Assembly: GCA_964646525.1 (NCBI GenBank)
Contig: CAZYER010000001.1
Location: forward strand, 14,719-78,718
Reading direction: 5' to 3'
Length of the DNA stretch: 64,000 bases
DNA from: an uncultured Francisella sp.
GTDB lineage: Bacteria > Pseudomonadota > Gammaproteobacteria > Thiomicrospirales > Thiomicrospiraceae
In this document: positions 32,901 to 42,383 of the stretch, piece after piece
Layout of the letters: every line of letters begins with the position of its first letter
Position numbering within the stretch: position 1 is the first letter of the stretch
The notes under the pieces: generated by a model
Told to the model about the DNA's origin: nothing
The model's database searches: none
The model's input: only the letters and a program-made list of their open reading frames with translations
Translations under genes and position numbers: made by a program

Positions 32901-33012
32901 CATCAACGGAAAGATTTTGTACACCACGCAGACCAAACATCAGCCCGATGACAGCAAAGGCCAGCACAATGAGGCGCTGGCGCAAGGAAGCACGAATGAG
33001 ACTTGGAATCAT
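29908..33012 (-). CDS. czcA: Heavy-metal efflux RND pump, CzcA family
   Basis: 1034 aa with 12-TM RND topology. The N-terminal VDAFPDVTNIQVQIAT and TDVYFARQLV..GPVSTGLGEVY blocks closely resemble CzcA. Confidence 0.9.
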   Translation of the reverse strand: MIPSLIRASLRQRLIVLAFAVIGLMFGLRGVQNLSVDAFPDVTNIQVQIATDAAGKSPDEVERLITVPLEIAMTGLPGLEELRSLNKNGLSLITLVFNDDTDVYFARQLVMERMMEVKDKLPVGVTPVLGPVSTGLGEVYQYTLNAEGDDKAGELSQEVLMARRTVQDWVVRPLLRGIPGVAEINSQGGYQREYHVLADPTRLMHYQISLTDVLEALEKNNANASGGILQQHAEQYLVRGLGLIEDLDDIGNIVLKEVDGIPVYIRDVARVEIGHAVRVGAVIQNGTTEAVGGIVMMIRGGNAKEVVSRIQNRVKEINDSGMLPDGLKIVPYYDRSELVDAALFTVIKVLLEAIVFVIIIVVLFLGDLRSSLIVVGTLLLTPLITFFIMNEVDLSANLMSLGGLAIAIGLMVDGSVVVVENAYARLGDLANKHESRIRVIFNAASEVATPVVFGVGIIILVFLPLMTLEGMEGKMFAPLAYTIAIALTVSLVLSLTLTPVLASYMLKGGAEHDTRLVAFLKKPYTKMLNWALSNEKKVIGAALALLVATFSLFGSLGTAFIPEMKEGSIVPGVFRLPNISLEESIEIEKEAMRLIMEVPGVKSAISGLGRGESPADPQAQNESTPIVSLLPRDQWPEGWTQDTITNKMREKLANLHGSQIVMAQPISDRVDEMVTGVKADVAVKIFGDDLILLKKKADEIAKVASAIQGSQDIRVERVTGQQYLDVDIHRKIIARHGLNVADVQAIIETAIGGKVATQIYEGERRFNMVLRFPVDYRNDVEAIRDIQLISPNGAKVPLRELADVEVRDGPAQISRENAKRRIVIGINVADRDLGGFVAELQQKVSVQVKLPEGYYYEWGGQFQNMERAMNHLMIIIPITVAAIFFLLFLLFSSLRMASLIMLVLPFASVGGIIALWITGEYLSVPASVGFIALWGIAVLNGVVLVSYIRSLIEEGKERVEALKEACQQRFRPVMMTATVAMLGLIPFLFATGPGSEVQKPLAIVVIGGLITSTLLTLVVLPTLYRFFEEPRHEA

Positions 33013-33016
33013 GAGT

Positions 33017-34177
33017 TTACTCTCCTTGTAGTTTGAGCAAACGATCGGCGTTTAAGTAAAATACCCCATCCGATACGATTTCCTGACCCTGCTTTAAGCC
33101 CGACTCTACAGGTCGCAAGCCATTTTCTTCTTCACCTAATTTGACGGAAACCAGCTCAAATTGTCCCTGAGCCACTTGCACAAACACCTTATCGCTGTTT
33201 TCTTCACGAACTATCGCGGTCTCAGGAATCGCCAAGCGCTTTTTCGCTTTACCTTCAATGATAAGGGTAGCTAACATATCCGGTTTCAATCGACCATCTT
33301 TATTATCTAATACCGCCCTAACACGCAGAGTACGGGTTTGTGGTGTAACCGTATCCGCTACATAAGAAAGCTGCGTTTTACGCTCCTCACCTGCTAAAGC
33401 CGGAATGGTAACTGTAACCGCTTTTTCACGATACATATCGGCGCTGTAACGCTCTGGCACTTCACCCACCACCCAAATTTGTGCTAAATCTGCAATGGTA
33501 TAAGCTAAATCGGCGGGTTCTAATACCTGGCCTTGTGAAACCTTACGATCAATCACCACACCATCAATAGGCGCACGCAATGCCGTAACCGATTGAATTT
33601 TTCGTGAACGTTCCAATTGTTTAATATCGGCATCACTCATACCCAGAATATGCATGCGGTCACGTGCTGCTTGCCATTCCGCTTCATTCGACACCAACTC
33701 GCTTTCACGACGTTGTTGTTCTGCTGCGGCAATCACCCCTTCTTTGAATAACAATTGCGCACGAGCTGCTGCTTTACGAGATAAGTCGTACAGAGATTGA
33801 GCTTGCAAGTAAGCCAGTTGGGCTTCGGCTAATACAGGCGAATGAACCATCGCTAATACGTCACCTTTCTTAACTTGGTCACCACGCAAGACTTTAATTT
33901 CGGTAACGCGACCCGAAACCGTGGTACCAACACGAGCTACACGCTTTTCATCCAGCTCAATACTGCCAGAAACTTTCAACTGTGAATACCAATCAACCTC
34001 TTCAACCTTGGTAAAGCTTAATCGGGCTAATAATTCTGCACTGGGTTTGACTAACGATTGATTTTGACTGGTTTGATCTTGTGGCGCTTTAGCAGCATCA
34101 CTAGCTTTGTCGCTTTGATCACAGGCGGCCAACAACAAAATACTGGAGAGTGTCATGGTTGTTAAGATTTTTTTCAT
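33017..34177 (-). CDS. czcB: RND efflux periplasmic adaptor (membrane fusion protein), CzcB-like
   Basis: Lipoprotein signal (LLLAAC) with hairpin and barrel-sandwich regions. It sits between the outer-membrane factor and the RND pump. Confidence 0.85.
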   Translation of the reverse strand: MKKILTTMTLSSILLLAACDQSDKASDAAKAPQDQTSQNQSLVKPSAELLARLSFTKVEEVDWYSQLKVSGSIELDEKRVARVGTTVSGRVTEIKVLRGDQVKKGDVLAMVHSPVLAEAQLAYLQAQSLYDLSRKAAARAQLLFKEGVIAAAEQQRRESELVSNEAEWQAARDRMHILGMSDADIKQLERSRKIQSVTALRAPIDGVVIDRKVSQGQVLEPADLAYTIADLAQIWVVGEVPERYSADMYREKAVTVTIPALAGEERKTQLSYVADTVTPQTRTLRVRAVLDNKDGRLKPDMLATLIIEGKAKKRLAIPETAIVREENSDKVFVQVAQGQFELVSVKLGEEENGLRPVESGLKQGQEIVSDGVFYLNADRLLKLQGE

Positions 34178-34181
34178 CGGA

Positions 34182-35369
34182 TTATTCTCCTACCGCTTGA
34201 GTCAGTTGTTGAATGTCCATACAGGCGTAGCGACGTTCAAATTGATTGGTTAAATAGCCTCGCTTGACAGATGCAAGAGTACGCTGAGCATCAATAAAAT
34301 CTAAAATACCCCGTTCACCATATTTGTAAGCGGCTTGGGCTACCTGAAAGGCTGATTCGGCTTCTTTCAACAGCCCTGATTCGTAACTGACTAGCTGAGC
34401 ATTGGCATTTTGATAACGAATAAAAGCTTGCGACCAGTCTTGTTTCAACTGACGCTCTACCGACATCACCATTGCTTCCGACTGTTTCTGTTTTGCCCGT
34501 GCTGAAGCAATTTGACCATCCCGTTGATTAAATAAAGGCAAGGGTAAGTTTACACCCAGTTTAAAACGTTCAATGCCTTGTTCATGCTCTCCACCCAGTG
34601 TAAAGGTGGGCTGCGGGGTAACCAAGGCTTGTTCAAAACGGGTAGCTGCTTGGTCTTTAGCTAAATTGGCCTTAGCCGCTTGATACAAAGGATATTGTGC
34701 GACTAAGTCATCAAATGATTGCTTTGGGATGCGACAAAGTTGACTGTCTGCAGGCAAGTCATCAACAATTTCTGGTACAACCGATAACCCTAACAACTCT
34801 CCCAGCTGTTGACGAGCTAATAGATATTGCTGTTCCGATGCGTTAAATCGCGTTTGACTGGTCAACCACTCCGCTTCAGCTTTCACCCCTTCATAACGCG
34901 CCGACTCACCCACTTTAACTTTGAGTTGTACCGCATCTCTTAATTTTTCTAACAATTGCAATTCATCTTTAGCTTGTTGCATTTCTTGCTTACGCTGAGC
35001 GACTTGATAGTAAGCACGCTGAATTTGTGTTCTTAATTGACGCTGAACCAACAACGCTTGTTGGGTTGCGATTTCGATGCCCTGATCAGCACCCAACTGA
35101 CGATATTGACGCACACTGTGCGTTTCAACAGGAAAAGCCATTGCCAATGACTGGCGATCTCGTGTTTCACTCACCACATCTAAACTGGGATTAAGGTACT
35201 GACCCGCGGTTACACGGTCGGCTTGAGATTGTTCAATAAAGGCTTGGGCGGCTTGCCATTGCGGATGTTCTTTCAACAAAGCCATCGCCTGTGACAAGGT
35301 TAATGAACTAGCATGAACTGAAGTGGCTGCAAGGCTTAAGCCTAAAGCCAAAGGGACCATTAGTTTCAT
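34182..35369 (-). CDS. czcC: TolC-family outer membrane efflux protein, CzcC-like
   Basis: Signal peptide and two OEP repeats. It is the first gene of the C-B-A order typical of czc operons. Confidence 0.8.
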   Translation of the reverse strand: MKLMVPLALGLSLAATSVHASSLTLSQAMALLKEHPQWQAAQAFIEQSQADRVTAGQYLNPSLDVVSETRDRQSLAMAFPVETHSVRQYRQLGADQGIEIATQQALLVQRQLRTQIQRAYYQVAQRKQEMQQAKDELQLLEKLRDAVQLKVKVGESARYEGVKAEAEWLTSQTRFNASEQQYLLARQQLGELLGLSVVPEIVDDLPADSQLCRIPKQSFDDLVAQYPLYQAAKANLAKDQAATRFEQALVTPQPTFTLGGEHEQGIERFKLGVNLPLPLFNQRDGQIASARAKQKQSEAMVMSVERQLKQDWSQAFIRYQNANAQLVSYESGLLKEAESAFQVAQAAYKYGERGILDFIDAQRTLASVKRGYLTNQFERRYACMDIQQLTQAVGE

Positions 35370-35402
35370 TGGTTATCCGCCATAATTAAAATTTATAACC
35401 TA

Positions 35403-36863
35403 TTATGCACCCTTTATGGGGAAATTGGAATCACTCTCATTCATTTGTTTAATATTGGCGTACTTCTGTAACGCTTTTTTTCTCGCAACATCATGATCTA
35501 CTAGAGGAAATGGATAATCTTTACCTAAAACTAACTGTGCTGATTGTCGCTCTGTTGGCGATAGCTTCCAAGGGGCATGTATGAGCTTTGCCTCAAGTTT
35601 ACTGAGTTCAGGCACGTATTTTTTAATAAACTTACCGTCAGCATCAAACTTTTCAGATTGTAACACAGGGTTAAAAATGCGAAACGGCTGTGCCGCATCA
35701 CAACCCGTCGAAGCTGCCCACTGCCAACCGCCATTATTGGCTGAAAGATCAAAATCCAATAACTGTTGAGCGAAATAGGCCTCACCCCACTGCCAATCAA
35801 TGTCTAAGTCTTTAATCAAAAAGGCAGCCACGATCATACGTAATCGGTTATGCATAAATCCCGTTTGATTCAATTGGCGCATGGCAGCATCGACAATCGG
35901 ATAACCCGTTCGACCTTCACACCAAGCGGAGAACCAATCTGCTCGATTTTCCCAAGGCTGTTCACGCCACTCTACTTTATATGCCTGAAGTGCCACATTA
36001 GGATGATGGTATAAGAACTGCATATAAAACTCACGCCAAATTAATTCAGACAACCACGTGTTTGCCCCTTCTCCCCCTTGCATCCAGGCAGTTAAGGCTA
36101 ACTGCCTTACCGAAATGGTGCCAAAGCGTAAGTGCACCGATAAATAAGAAACCCCTTTTACGCCTGGAAAATCTCGTTTATCTTTGTAATATGCCATGCG
36201 TTGCTGGAAATCCTGCCATGCCAATCTTGCCCCTGACTCACCTGCCTTAACCACTAAAGCTTGTCGTTCAAAACCCAGCGATTCGAGTGAGACATGCTGA
36301 TCGGGCAGGTTATCAGCTGCATACCAATGCTTTGTCAAAGAAGTGCTATCAAAGCTGGTCAGATCATCCACCTTTAATCGTTTCAACCAAGCATTTTTAT
36401 AAGGCGTGAAGACAGTCAAGGGTGTGCCTTTTTGCGACAACACTTCATCTTTAGCGAAAACTACCTGATCTTTTACTAAAATTAGTTTTCTGTCTTGCAC
36501 CGATAACCACTGCTCAACCTCGATATCACGTTCTATGGCATAGGGTTCATAATCCTCACCAGCATAAACAACCGCTGCTTGATAGCGTTCAGCTAATTGC
36601 GGAATCAACTCGATGGGATTGCCATGATGTACTAATAAGCGCCCACCTTGAGCCTCAATTAATTCAGATAATTCGCTCAACGACTCATCAATAAAAGTTA
36701 AACGACGATCATTGCGAAGCAATTTAGAAAGAATCTGATCATCAAAGATGAACACGGGAATGACCGCAGAATGTTGACTCAATGCGCGATAGAGTGTTGC
36801 ATTATCGTTTAATCTTAAATCCCGACGAAACCACATCAGTGCCACAGAATCAGCTTTGTTCAT
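35403..36863 (-). CDS. phrB: Deoxyribodipyrimidine photolyase (class I CPD type)
   Basis: LMWFRRDLRLNDN, VFTPYKNAWLKRL, WLSELIWREFY and NGGWQWAASTG..FRIFNP blocks parallel E. coli PhrB. Confidence 0.85.
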   Translation of the reverse strand: MNKADSVALMWFRRDLRLNDNATLYRALSQHSAVIPVFIFDDQILSKLLRNDRRLTFIDESLSELSELIEAQGGRLLVHHGNPIELIPQLAERYQAAVVYAGEDYEPYAIERDIEVEQWLSVQDRKLILVKDQVVFAKDEVLSQKGTPLTVFTPYKNAWLKRLKVDDLTSFDSTSLTKHWYAADNLPDQHVSLESLGFERQALVVKAGESGARLAWQDFQQRMAYYKDKRDFPGVKGVSYLSVHLRFGTISVRQLALTAWMQGGEGANTWLSELIWREFYMQFLYHHPNVALQAYKVEWREQPWENRADWFSAWCEGRTGYPIVDAAMRQLNQTGFMHNRLRMIVAAFLIKDLDIDWQWGEAYFAQQLLDFDLSANNGGWQWAASTGCDAAQPFRIFNPVLQSEKFDADGKFIKKYVPELSKLEAKLIHAPWKLSPTERQSAQLVLGKDYPFPLVDHDVARKKALQKYANIKQMNESDSNFPIKGA

Positions 36864-36874
36864 TATTTGTCCTT

Positions 36875-36904
36875 AAAACAAAAAAGCTGAGCAATTGCCC
36901 AGCT
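36875..36904 (-). terminator. Rho-independent terminator after minE
   Basis: The minus strand reads AGCTGGGC-AATT-GCTCAGCT followed by TTTTTTGTTTT. Confidence 0.65.
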
Positions 36905-36935
36905 TTGAAGTATGAAATCAACGAAGGAATCAGGT

Positions 36936-37181
36936 TCATCGTAATGGAATATCAATTTCCAGCATATCAATACCATTTTGTGTTTCCATCAACACGCGCA
37001 CAGCATCTCTATCGACTGGTACATATTTAGCAATAACCGCAATAATTTCTTCACGCATTTGCGGCAAATAACTGGCCGAACGTGATTCGCTACGACCAGC
37101 CGCGATCATGACACCTAAACGATCTTTTGCCAGAGCGGCACTGTTCGTTTTTTTCTTGAAAAGGTCAAATATACTCATCAT
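36936..37181 (-). CDS. minE: Cell division topological specificity factor MinE
   Basis: 81 aa with N-terminal FKKKTNSAALAKDRL and YLPQMREEI. Confidence 0.92.
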   Translation of the reverse strand: MMSIFDLFKKKTNSAALAKDRLGVMIAAGRSESRSASYLPQMREEIIAVIAKYVPVDRDAVRVLMETQNGIDMLEIDIPLR

Positions 37182-37193
37182 GAGATACCTTTA

Positions 37194-38003
37194 TTAAGAA
37201 AAGAGACGGGCAAACAGGCCTTTTTTCTCGGCTGTTAAGAAGCGCTGTGGCACATCTTCACCTAAATAACGTGCCACGATATCACCATAAGCTAAGGAAG
37301 CATTCGACTCAGGTGCATTTAATACCACTGGCATACCCGCATTTGAAGAAGACAAGACTTCTTGACCTTCAGGCACGGCACCTAAGAATTTAACCGCCAA
37401 CAACTCAATAATATCTTGATAGCTTAGCATTTCACCAGCATCAACGCGATTTGGGTTATAACGCGTCACTACTAAATACTCGTTAATGCGCTGACCGCTT
37501 TCTCCTTTTTTAGACTTAGCTTGCAAAATACCTAAAATGCGGTCTGAGTCACGTACCGAAGACACTTCGGGGTTGGTGACAACAAAAGCATCATCGGCAA
37601 AGCGTAACGCCATTAATGCGCCTGTTTCGATACCCGCTGGCGAATCACAAACAATGTAATCAAAACCGTCGGCTTTTAATTCTTCAATGACCTTTTCCAC
37701 GCCTGCTTCATGCAAGGCATCTTTGTCGCGGGTTTGCGAGGCTGGCAAAATATACAAATTTTCCACACGCTTATCGCGAATGAGCGCTTGTTTCAACGTC
37801 GCTTCACCATGAATGACGTGAACAAAGTCATAAACGACGCGGCGCTCAACACCCATAATCAAATCAAGATTACGAAGCCCTACGTCGAAATCAATCACCG
37901 CAACTTTATAACCGCGCAGTGCCAAGGCAGTTGAAATATTTGCTGAAGTCGTCGTTTTACCGACACCGCCTTTACCTGAAGTAACTACAATAACTCTTGA
38001 CAC
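37194..38003 (-). CDS. minD: Septum site-determining ATPase MinD
   Basis: Deviant Walker A (GKGGVGKTT) and a C-terminal amphipathic helix (KKGLFARLF). Confidence 0.96.
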   Translation of the reverse strand: MSRVIVVTSGKGGVGKTTTSANISTALALRGYKVAVIDFDVGLRNLDLIMGVERRVVYDFVHVIHGEATLKQALIRDKRVENLYILPASQTRDKDALHEAGVEKVIEELKADGFDYIVCDSPAGIETGALMALRFADDAFVVTNPEVSSVRDSDRILGILQAKSKKGESGQRINEYLVVTRYNPNRVDAGEMLSYQDIIELLAVKFLGAVPEGQEVLSSSNAGMPVVLNAPESNASLAYGDIVARYLGEDVPQRFLTAEKKGLFARLFS

Positions 38004-38037
38004 CTTAGCATCCTTTTTATAAAAAAATATAAACTTA

Positions 38038-38811
38038 TTAATCTAATGTTATGAATTTCAAAGTATTTTGTTCTAAATAAATTTCAACCCAGCCTTGTTT
38101 AACCAGTTGCGGAATATCATCAGCCAATAAAAAAATTCCAGCGATGCTGACCAATTCAGGATTAAAGTTTTTGGCAATAATCCGCGCTGATCTATCCCCT
38201 GCAGCGCCCGCATGAAGTCTCCCACGAACCGCACCCAAAACGGTAATATTACCGCCAACAAATAGTTCCGCTCCAGAATTAATACCGCCCTCGACGATCA
38301 CATCGTTGAAGAGGTGTTTTTCAAATTGACCTGAACGCAAACTGGGGATGCGCAAGGCCTTCTGTACACTGGGTGCCTCTTTTTCCGTCAAGGTACCACT
38401 AGTATCCGTACTCGCTGGTGTCGATTTAGCCGACACAGACTCAGCAACGACCGCTGCTGGTGACTCAGTCGTGTTAGATGCTGCCGTCGCTTCGGTATTT
38501 TTTTCACTGACCGCACTCGGCTTGAATACAGCCAAACCACACATTTCAGCATAATCGACCAAATGCGCATCTTTGGTACGAATGCCTACTGGTGTTAACT
38601 GGTGTTGACGTAGTAATTCTAGTAGCTGAGCTAATTGAACACTACTTAACCCACACAAGGGATCGACCACAACGGGAGCGCCACGCAAAAACTTACCCGC
38701 CTTTGCCAACTTAGTAGTGAGTAATTCACCAATTGCCGTCATATCACTAGCATGAATACGCACTAGTGTTAAAGACAATTGTGAAGATTTGAATTCTAAC
38801 GCATCCGACAT
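38038..38811 (-). CDS. minC: Septum site-determining protein MinC
   Basis: N-terminal domain, a low-complexity linker and a C-terminal beta-helix (GGNITVLGAVRGRLHAGAAGD). It lies upstream of minDE. Confidence 0.88.
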   Translation of the reverse strand: MSDALEFKSSQLSLTLVRIHASDMTAIGELLTTKLAKAGKFLRGAPVVVDPLCGLSSVQLAQLLELLRQHQLTPVGIRTKDAHLVDYAEMCGLAVFKPSAVSEKNTEATAASNTTESPAAVVAESVSAKSTPASTDTSGTLTEKEAPSVQKALRIPSLRSGQFEKHLFNDVIVEGGINSGAELFVGGNITVLGAVRGRLHAGAAGDRSARIIAKNFNPELVSIAGIFLLADDIPQLVKQGWVEIYLEQNTLKFITLD

Positions 38812-38933
38812 GGGTTACTGGCTATCCTTTTCTGCCTAGGCTTTCTTAGCAAATCATGATACTCAATAGTGCCTATCAGCGACAAGCGACAAAAGCGCTT
38901 TTTTACACTTTTTTAACGCTTGTGCACAGTTTC

Positions 38934-38942
38934 TGTGGATAA
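38934..38942 (-). promoter_or_regulatory. Single consensus DnaA box (TTATCCACA on the minus strand) in the tsaB-minC spacer
   Basis: The plus strand reads TGTGGATAA. It is flanked by two copies of TTGTGCAC at 38920-38927 and 38945-38952. Confidence 0.4.
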
Positions 38943-39018
38943 CTTTGTGCACCATCAACAGAACAAGTCAGCAAGTCGCTGAATTCACATTAAAAGGCAA
39001 AAGCACTCAAAGACTTGC

Positions 39019-39723
39019 TTATTTTTTAGGCAAGTGAGCAACGTCATTACGCAAGTAAATGGGCAATGCCAACTCATCATCCCAGATTAAAAAATGCTGT
39101 TTTAATCCTGTTTCTACCAAGCTAAACAGTGACTTAATATCTACGCTGTGTTGTGCAGAAAAACGGGGCATTTCAGCCTTGACAAGCGTGTTTTCCAGCA
39201 AATGCACATCTCCAGCAACCAGTATTGGCATAGGTTGTTCAGTGACTTGTTCTACACTGCTAATGCAGTCAGCCGTCATCACCTTAGCACCTTGAGTAAA
39301 ATCATAAACAGCCCAATAAATTTGCGCCATGCGCGCATCAATGATCGCACCAACATAGGACTGCTGTGTTTGACAATACCCTTGCCACGCCAATGCCATT
39401 AAGGTCGAAACCCCCAAGGTTGGAATAGATGAAGCAAAGGCTAGCCCCTGAACCACGGACACCCCCACCCTAACACCGGTAAAAGAACCTGGTCCTTTGG
39501 TATAAACAATGCCCTGAACGTCCTGAATGCTGAGTTTAGCCTGTGCTAATAAGGACTCGATCATCGGTAAAATACGCTTGGTGTGCGATTGGGGCTGCAT
39601 ATCGCTGACAGTCCAACAGACACCTTGATGCGTTAGCCCAACATGGCAACCCTGACTGGTGGTATCAATTAATAACCATGTTGGTTGGTTATGCTGAATC
39701 CTATCTGTAGAGGATGTAGACAC
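39019..39723 (-). CDS. tsaB: tRNA t6A biosynthesis protein TsaB (YeaZ)
   Basis: YeaZ-type ASKHA fold (LLIDTTSQGCHVGL ... GPGSFTGVRVG). A GTG start just after the upstream stop is preferred over the long ORF. Confidence 0.8.
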   Translation of the reverse strand: MSTSSTDRIQHNQPTWLLIDTTSQGCHVGLTHQGVCWTVSDMQPQSHTKRILPMIESLLAQAKLSIQDVQGIVYTKGPGSFTGVRVGVSVVQGLAFASSIPTLGVSTLMALAWQGYCQTQQSYVGAIIDARMAQIYWAVYDFTQGAKVMTADCISSVEQVTEQPMPILVAGDVHLLENTLVKAEMPRFSAQHSVDIKSLFSLVETGLKQHFLIWDDELALPIYLRNDVAHLPKK

Positions 39724-39724
39724 C

Positions 39725-41641
39725 TTAAGAGACTCCCATAGAATGAATAAATGCCACTGCCTCGGCATTGCTGCGCGTTTGTTTCATTGGAGGCAGTGCC
39801 GCTAATATTTGTTTACCATAGTGTTTTTGCGTGATGCGCGGATCGCCAATCACCAATACCCCCCTATCGGTTTCACTACGAATTAAGCGTCCAGCGCCCT
39901 GAATGAGTGCCATAGTGGCATCTGGTAACTGTTCGCATACAAAAGCCGACAATCCTTTTTCCACCAACAAAGCCTCACGTGCTTGCGCCACCGGATCATC
40001 GGGTGGTGAAAAAGGGATTTTATCAATCACCACTAACGACAAAGCCGAACCAGAAACATCGACACCTTCCCAAAAACTCGCTGTGGCTAATAACACCGCA
40101 TTGCCCTTGCTACGAAAGGTTGCAATCAATTGATGCGCATCTTGCTCGCCCTGAACTAATAGCGGAAAAGGCAAATGAGGACGCAAGGTGTCTGCCGCCA
40201 GCTGCATCGCTTTGTAACTGGTGAATAATAAAAATGCTCGCCCACCATTAGCAATAATCAGCGGCCAAACACGACGCATTAGTGCCAGCGTGTAATCGCT
40301 CTGATTCGGTTCGGGCAGTTGCGCTGGTAAATAGAGCATCGCTTGCTCAGCATAACGGTAAGGGCTTTGCCAACGATGACAGTCTGCCTCCCACAATCCC
40401 AATTGACGTTGCACATAATCAAACGACTCACCGACCGCTAAGGTGGCAGAGGTCAAAATCACACTGCTGTAGCTTTTTTTCATCGCGCTGGCAAAATTGT
40501 CTGCAATGGATAAAGGCGTCGCATACAAAAACCAGTGATTATTCTGTGCCTCAGCCCAAGGCACATTGTGATTATTGTTCACACCCCAATTCAGCGTTGC
40601 TTCAGCTAATCGTCCTAATAGGGCCGCTTGAGCTTTAATGCTTGGGCTTCGATCAGCTGCCAAAGCAAGCTGAGGTAGCAGTTGTCGCCACTGCTCAATA
40701 AAATCCACTAAAGCTGACTGCTGCCCTGCTTGCGCTAACCAGTCCTCTGCTTTAAATTTACCCTTAACACCTTCTGCTGTTTGTTGCCATTGTGCTAAAG
40801 CAAGCAAGGTATCTTGTAGCGCCTTATCACAAGCGGGCATATCCCGAATTTCATTATTCATCAGCTGCGTGATTTCGCGCAATCCATGCCCCCAAGATAG
40901 GGTACTAGCACTTTGGCCCAACGCCTGCACTAACACGGGCGCCAGTTGATGGGCTTCATCAATGATTAAAGCATCTCTTTCGGGCAAAATGGGACTTAAC
41001 CCTGCCGCTTTAAGCGCTAAATCGGCACCCAATAAATGATGATTGATGACAATGATGTCGGCATCTTCCGCATCTTTACGCAAAGCGGGATAGGCGCAAT
41101 GGTCTGCATCACACGTCACCAATGCACAAAACTCACTACGCGCACAAACCTTATCCCACACGGGATTGGCTCGACTGCCCAACACCTCTGCCAACTCACC
41201 CGTTGTATGGCGACTTGACCAGAGCTTGATTTCCTGAATGGCAACTTGTAAGCCTTTTTGGTTGTGAATAGCCGCTTGCTGCGCTGCTTGAGCAAGACGC
41301 TGAGCGCACACATAATTCTCACGCCCTTTCAATACCGCAATCCGTGCTGGAATCGATAATGCCTGACATAAGGCGGGCAAGTCGCGCTTCGACAACTGAT
41401 CCTGCAAACTCTTGGTTGCTGTGGTAATGATTATTTTTCGCCCTGAAAGCAGTGCCGCGACACCATAAGCAAAGGTTTTACCAATGCCTGTACCCGCCTC
41501 GGCAATGAGATTTCCGCCCTGACGTAAATGCGTAAAGCAAGCATCAGCCATTTCAACCTGACCCGAACGCGGCTGGAATTGACTAAAAAACTGCGATAAC
41601 ACACCGTCGGGGGCAAAGGTGCGTTCTATTTCTTTATTCAT
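39725..41641 (-). CDS. yoaA: DinG/YoaA-family Fe-S DNA helicase
   Basis: Walker A AGTGIGKT, a DEAH box (IIDEAHQL) and a four-Cys Fe-S insert (C..CARSEFCALVTCDADHC). Its 638 aa length and adjacency to tsaB match E. coli yoaA. Confidence 0.75.
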   Translation of the reverse strand: MNKEIERTFAPDGVLSQFFSQFQPRSGQVEMADACFTHLRQGGNLIAEAGTGIGKTFAYGVAALLSGRKIIITTATKSLQDQLSKRDLPALCQALSIPARIAVLKGRENYVCAQRLAQAAQQAAIHNQKGLQVAIQEIKLWSSRHTTGELAEVLGSRANPVWDKVCARSEFCALVTCDADHCAYPALRKDAEDADIIVINHHLLGADLALKAAGLSPILPERDALIIDEAHQLAPVLVQALGQSASTLSWGHGLREITQLMNNEIRDMPACDKALQDTLLALAQWQQTAEGVKGKFKAEDWLAQAGQQSALVDFIEQWRQLLPQLALAADRSPSIKAQAALLGRLAEATLNWGVNNNHNVPWAEAQNNHWFLYATPLSIADNFASAMKKSYSSVILTSATLAVGESFDYVQRQLGLWEADCHRWQSPYRYAEQAMLYLPAQLPEPNQSDYTLALMRRVWPLIIANGGRAFLLFTSYKAMQLAADTLRPHLPFPLLVQGEQDAHQLIATFRSKGNAVLLATASFWEGVDVSGSALSLVVIDKIPFSPPDDPVAQAREALLVEKGLSAFVCEQLPDATMALIQGAGRLIRSETDRGVLVIGDPRITQKHYGKQILAALPPMKQTRSNAEAVAFIHSMGVS

Positions 41642-41699
41642 GAGGCTATTTTACCTGCATCAATCGCCTAAAATGCGTAAAAAAGCTATACTTTTGCAC

Positions 41700-42323
41700 A
41701 TGAATCAAAAAATCGATATTTTATACGCTGATGATGATCTGATTGTCGTCAACAAACCACCTCAATTACTGAGTGTACCGGGACGTGGTGAGCATAAACA
41801 AGATTGTTTAGTGAACCGCTTACAAGCGGAATTTAACGGTGTCCGAATTGTGCATCGCTTGGATTGTGATACCTCGGGAATCATGGTACTAGCGATGCAC
41901 GCAGAATCGCATCGACGCCTATCCAAACAATTTGAACAACGCTTAGTGGACAAAACCTACCTAGCCCGTGTCGAAGGACACCTGCCTAGCACTCAAGGCG
42001 GTATTGATCTCCCCCTTGCATTAGATTGGCATAACCGACCGATGCATAAAGTGGATTTTATTTACGGAAAACCGGCACAAACAGGCTGGCGGGTGTTATC
42101 TGAAACCGATACCACCACGCTCGTTCGTTTATTTCCACATACGGGACGTTCGCATCAGCTACGTGTGCATATGCTCAGCATGGGTTGCCCGATGGTGGGC
42201 GATATGCTTTATCATCCCCGCCATGAAGAATATCATCGCATGTGTTTACACGCCGAAATGCTCACTTTCATTCATCCACATAAAGGTGAAACCATGAAAT
42301 TTATGAATGAGGCTGATTTTTAA
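41700..42323 (+). CDS. RluA-family pseudouridine synthase
   Basis: Catalytic motif HRLDCDTSG, plus GRSHQLRVH. The ATG at 41700 is preferred over the upstream start. Confidence 0.8.
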   Translation: MNQKIDILYADDDLIVVNKPPQLLSVPGRGEHKQDCLVNRLQAEFNGVRIVHRLDCDTSGIMVLAMHAESHRRLSKQFEQRLVDKTYLARVEGHLPSTQGGIDLPLALDWHNRPMHKVDFIYGKPAQTGWRVLSETDTTTLVRLFPHTGRSHQLRVHMLSMGCPMVGDMLYHPRHEEYHRMCLHAEMLTFIHPHKGETMKFMNEADF

Positions 42324-42336
42324 CCCGTAACCAGAT

Positions 42337-42368
42337 AAAAAAACCGCTAATAATTAGCGGTTTTTTTT
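42337..42368. terminator. Bidirectional rho-independent terminator (RluA-family gene / lpdA)
   Basis: AAAAAAA-CCGCTAA-TAA-TTAGCGG-TTTTTTTT. Confidence 0.7.
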
Positions 42369-42383
42369 ATTTGAATGACAAAA

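Noticed and set aside
35370-35402. Functional link between photolyase and the czc operon suggested by the 33-nt gap
   Set aside because: Adjacency alone supports this. Co-transcription is possible, but no shared regulatory element or biological rationale is visible in the sequence.
38812-39018. Possible replication origin because of the consensus DnaA box
   Set aside because: There is only one box, no AT-rich 13-mer cluster, no GATC clustering, and the neighbours (tsaB, minC) are not origin-associated genes.
39724-39768. N-terminal extension of tsaB overlapping the end of the helicase gene
   Set aside because: The YeaZ-like sequence starts after the GTG at 39723. The extension is read from the 3' end of the upstream gene in another frame.
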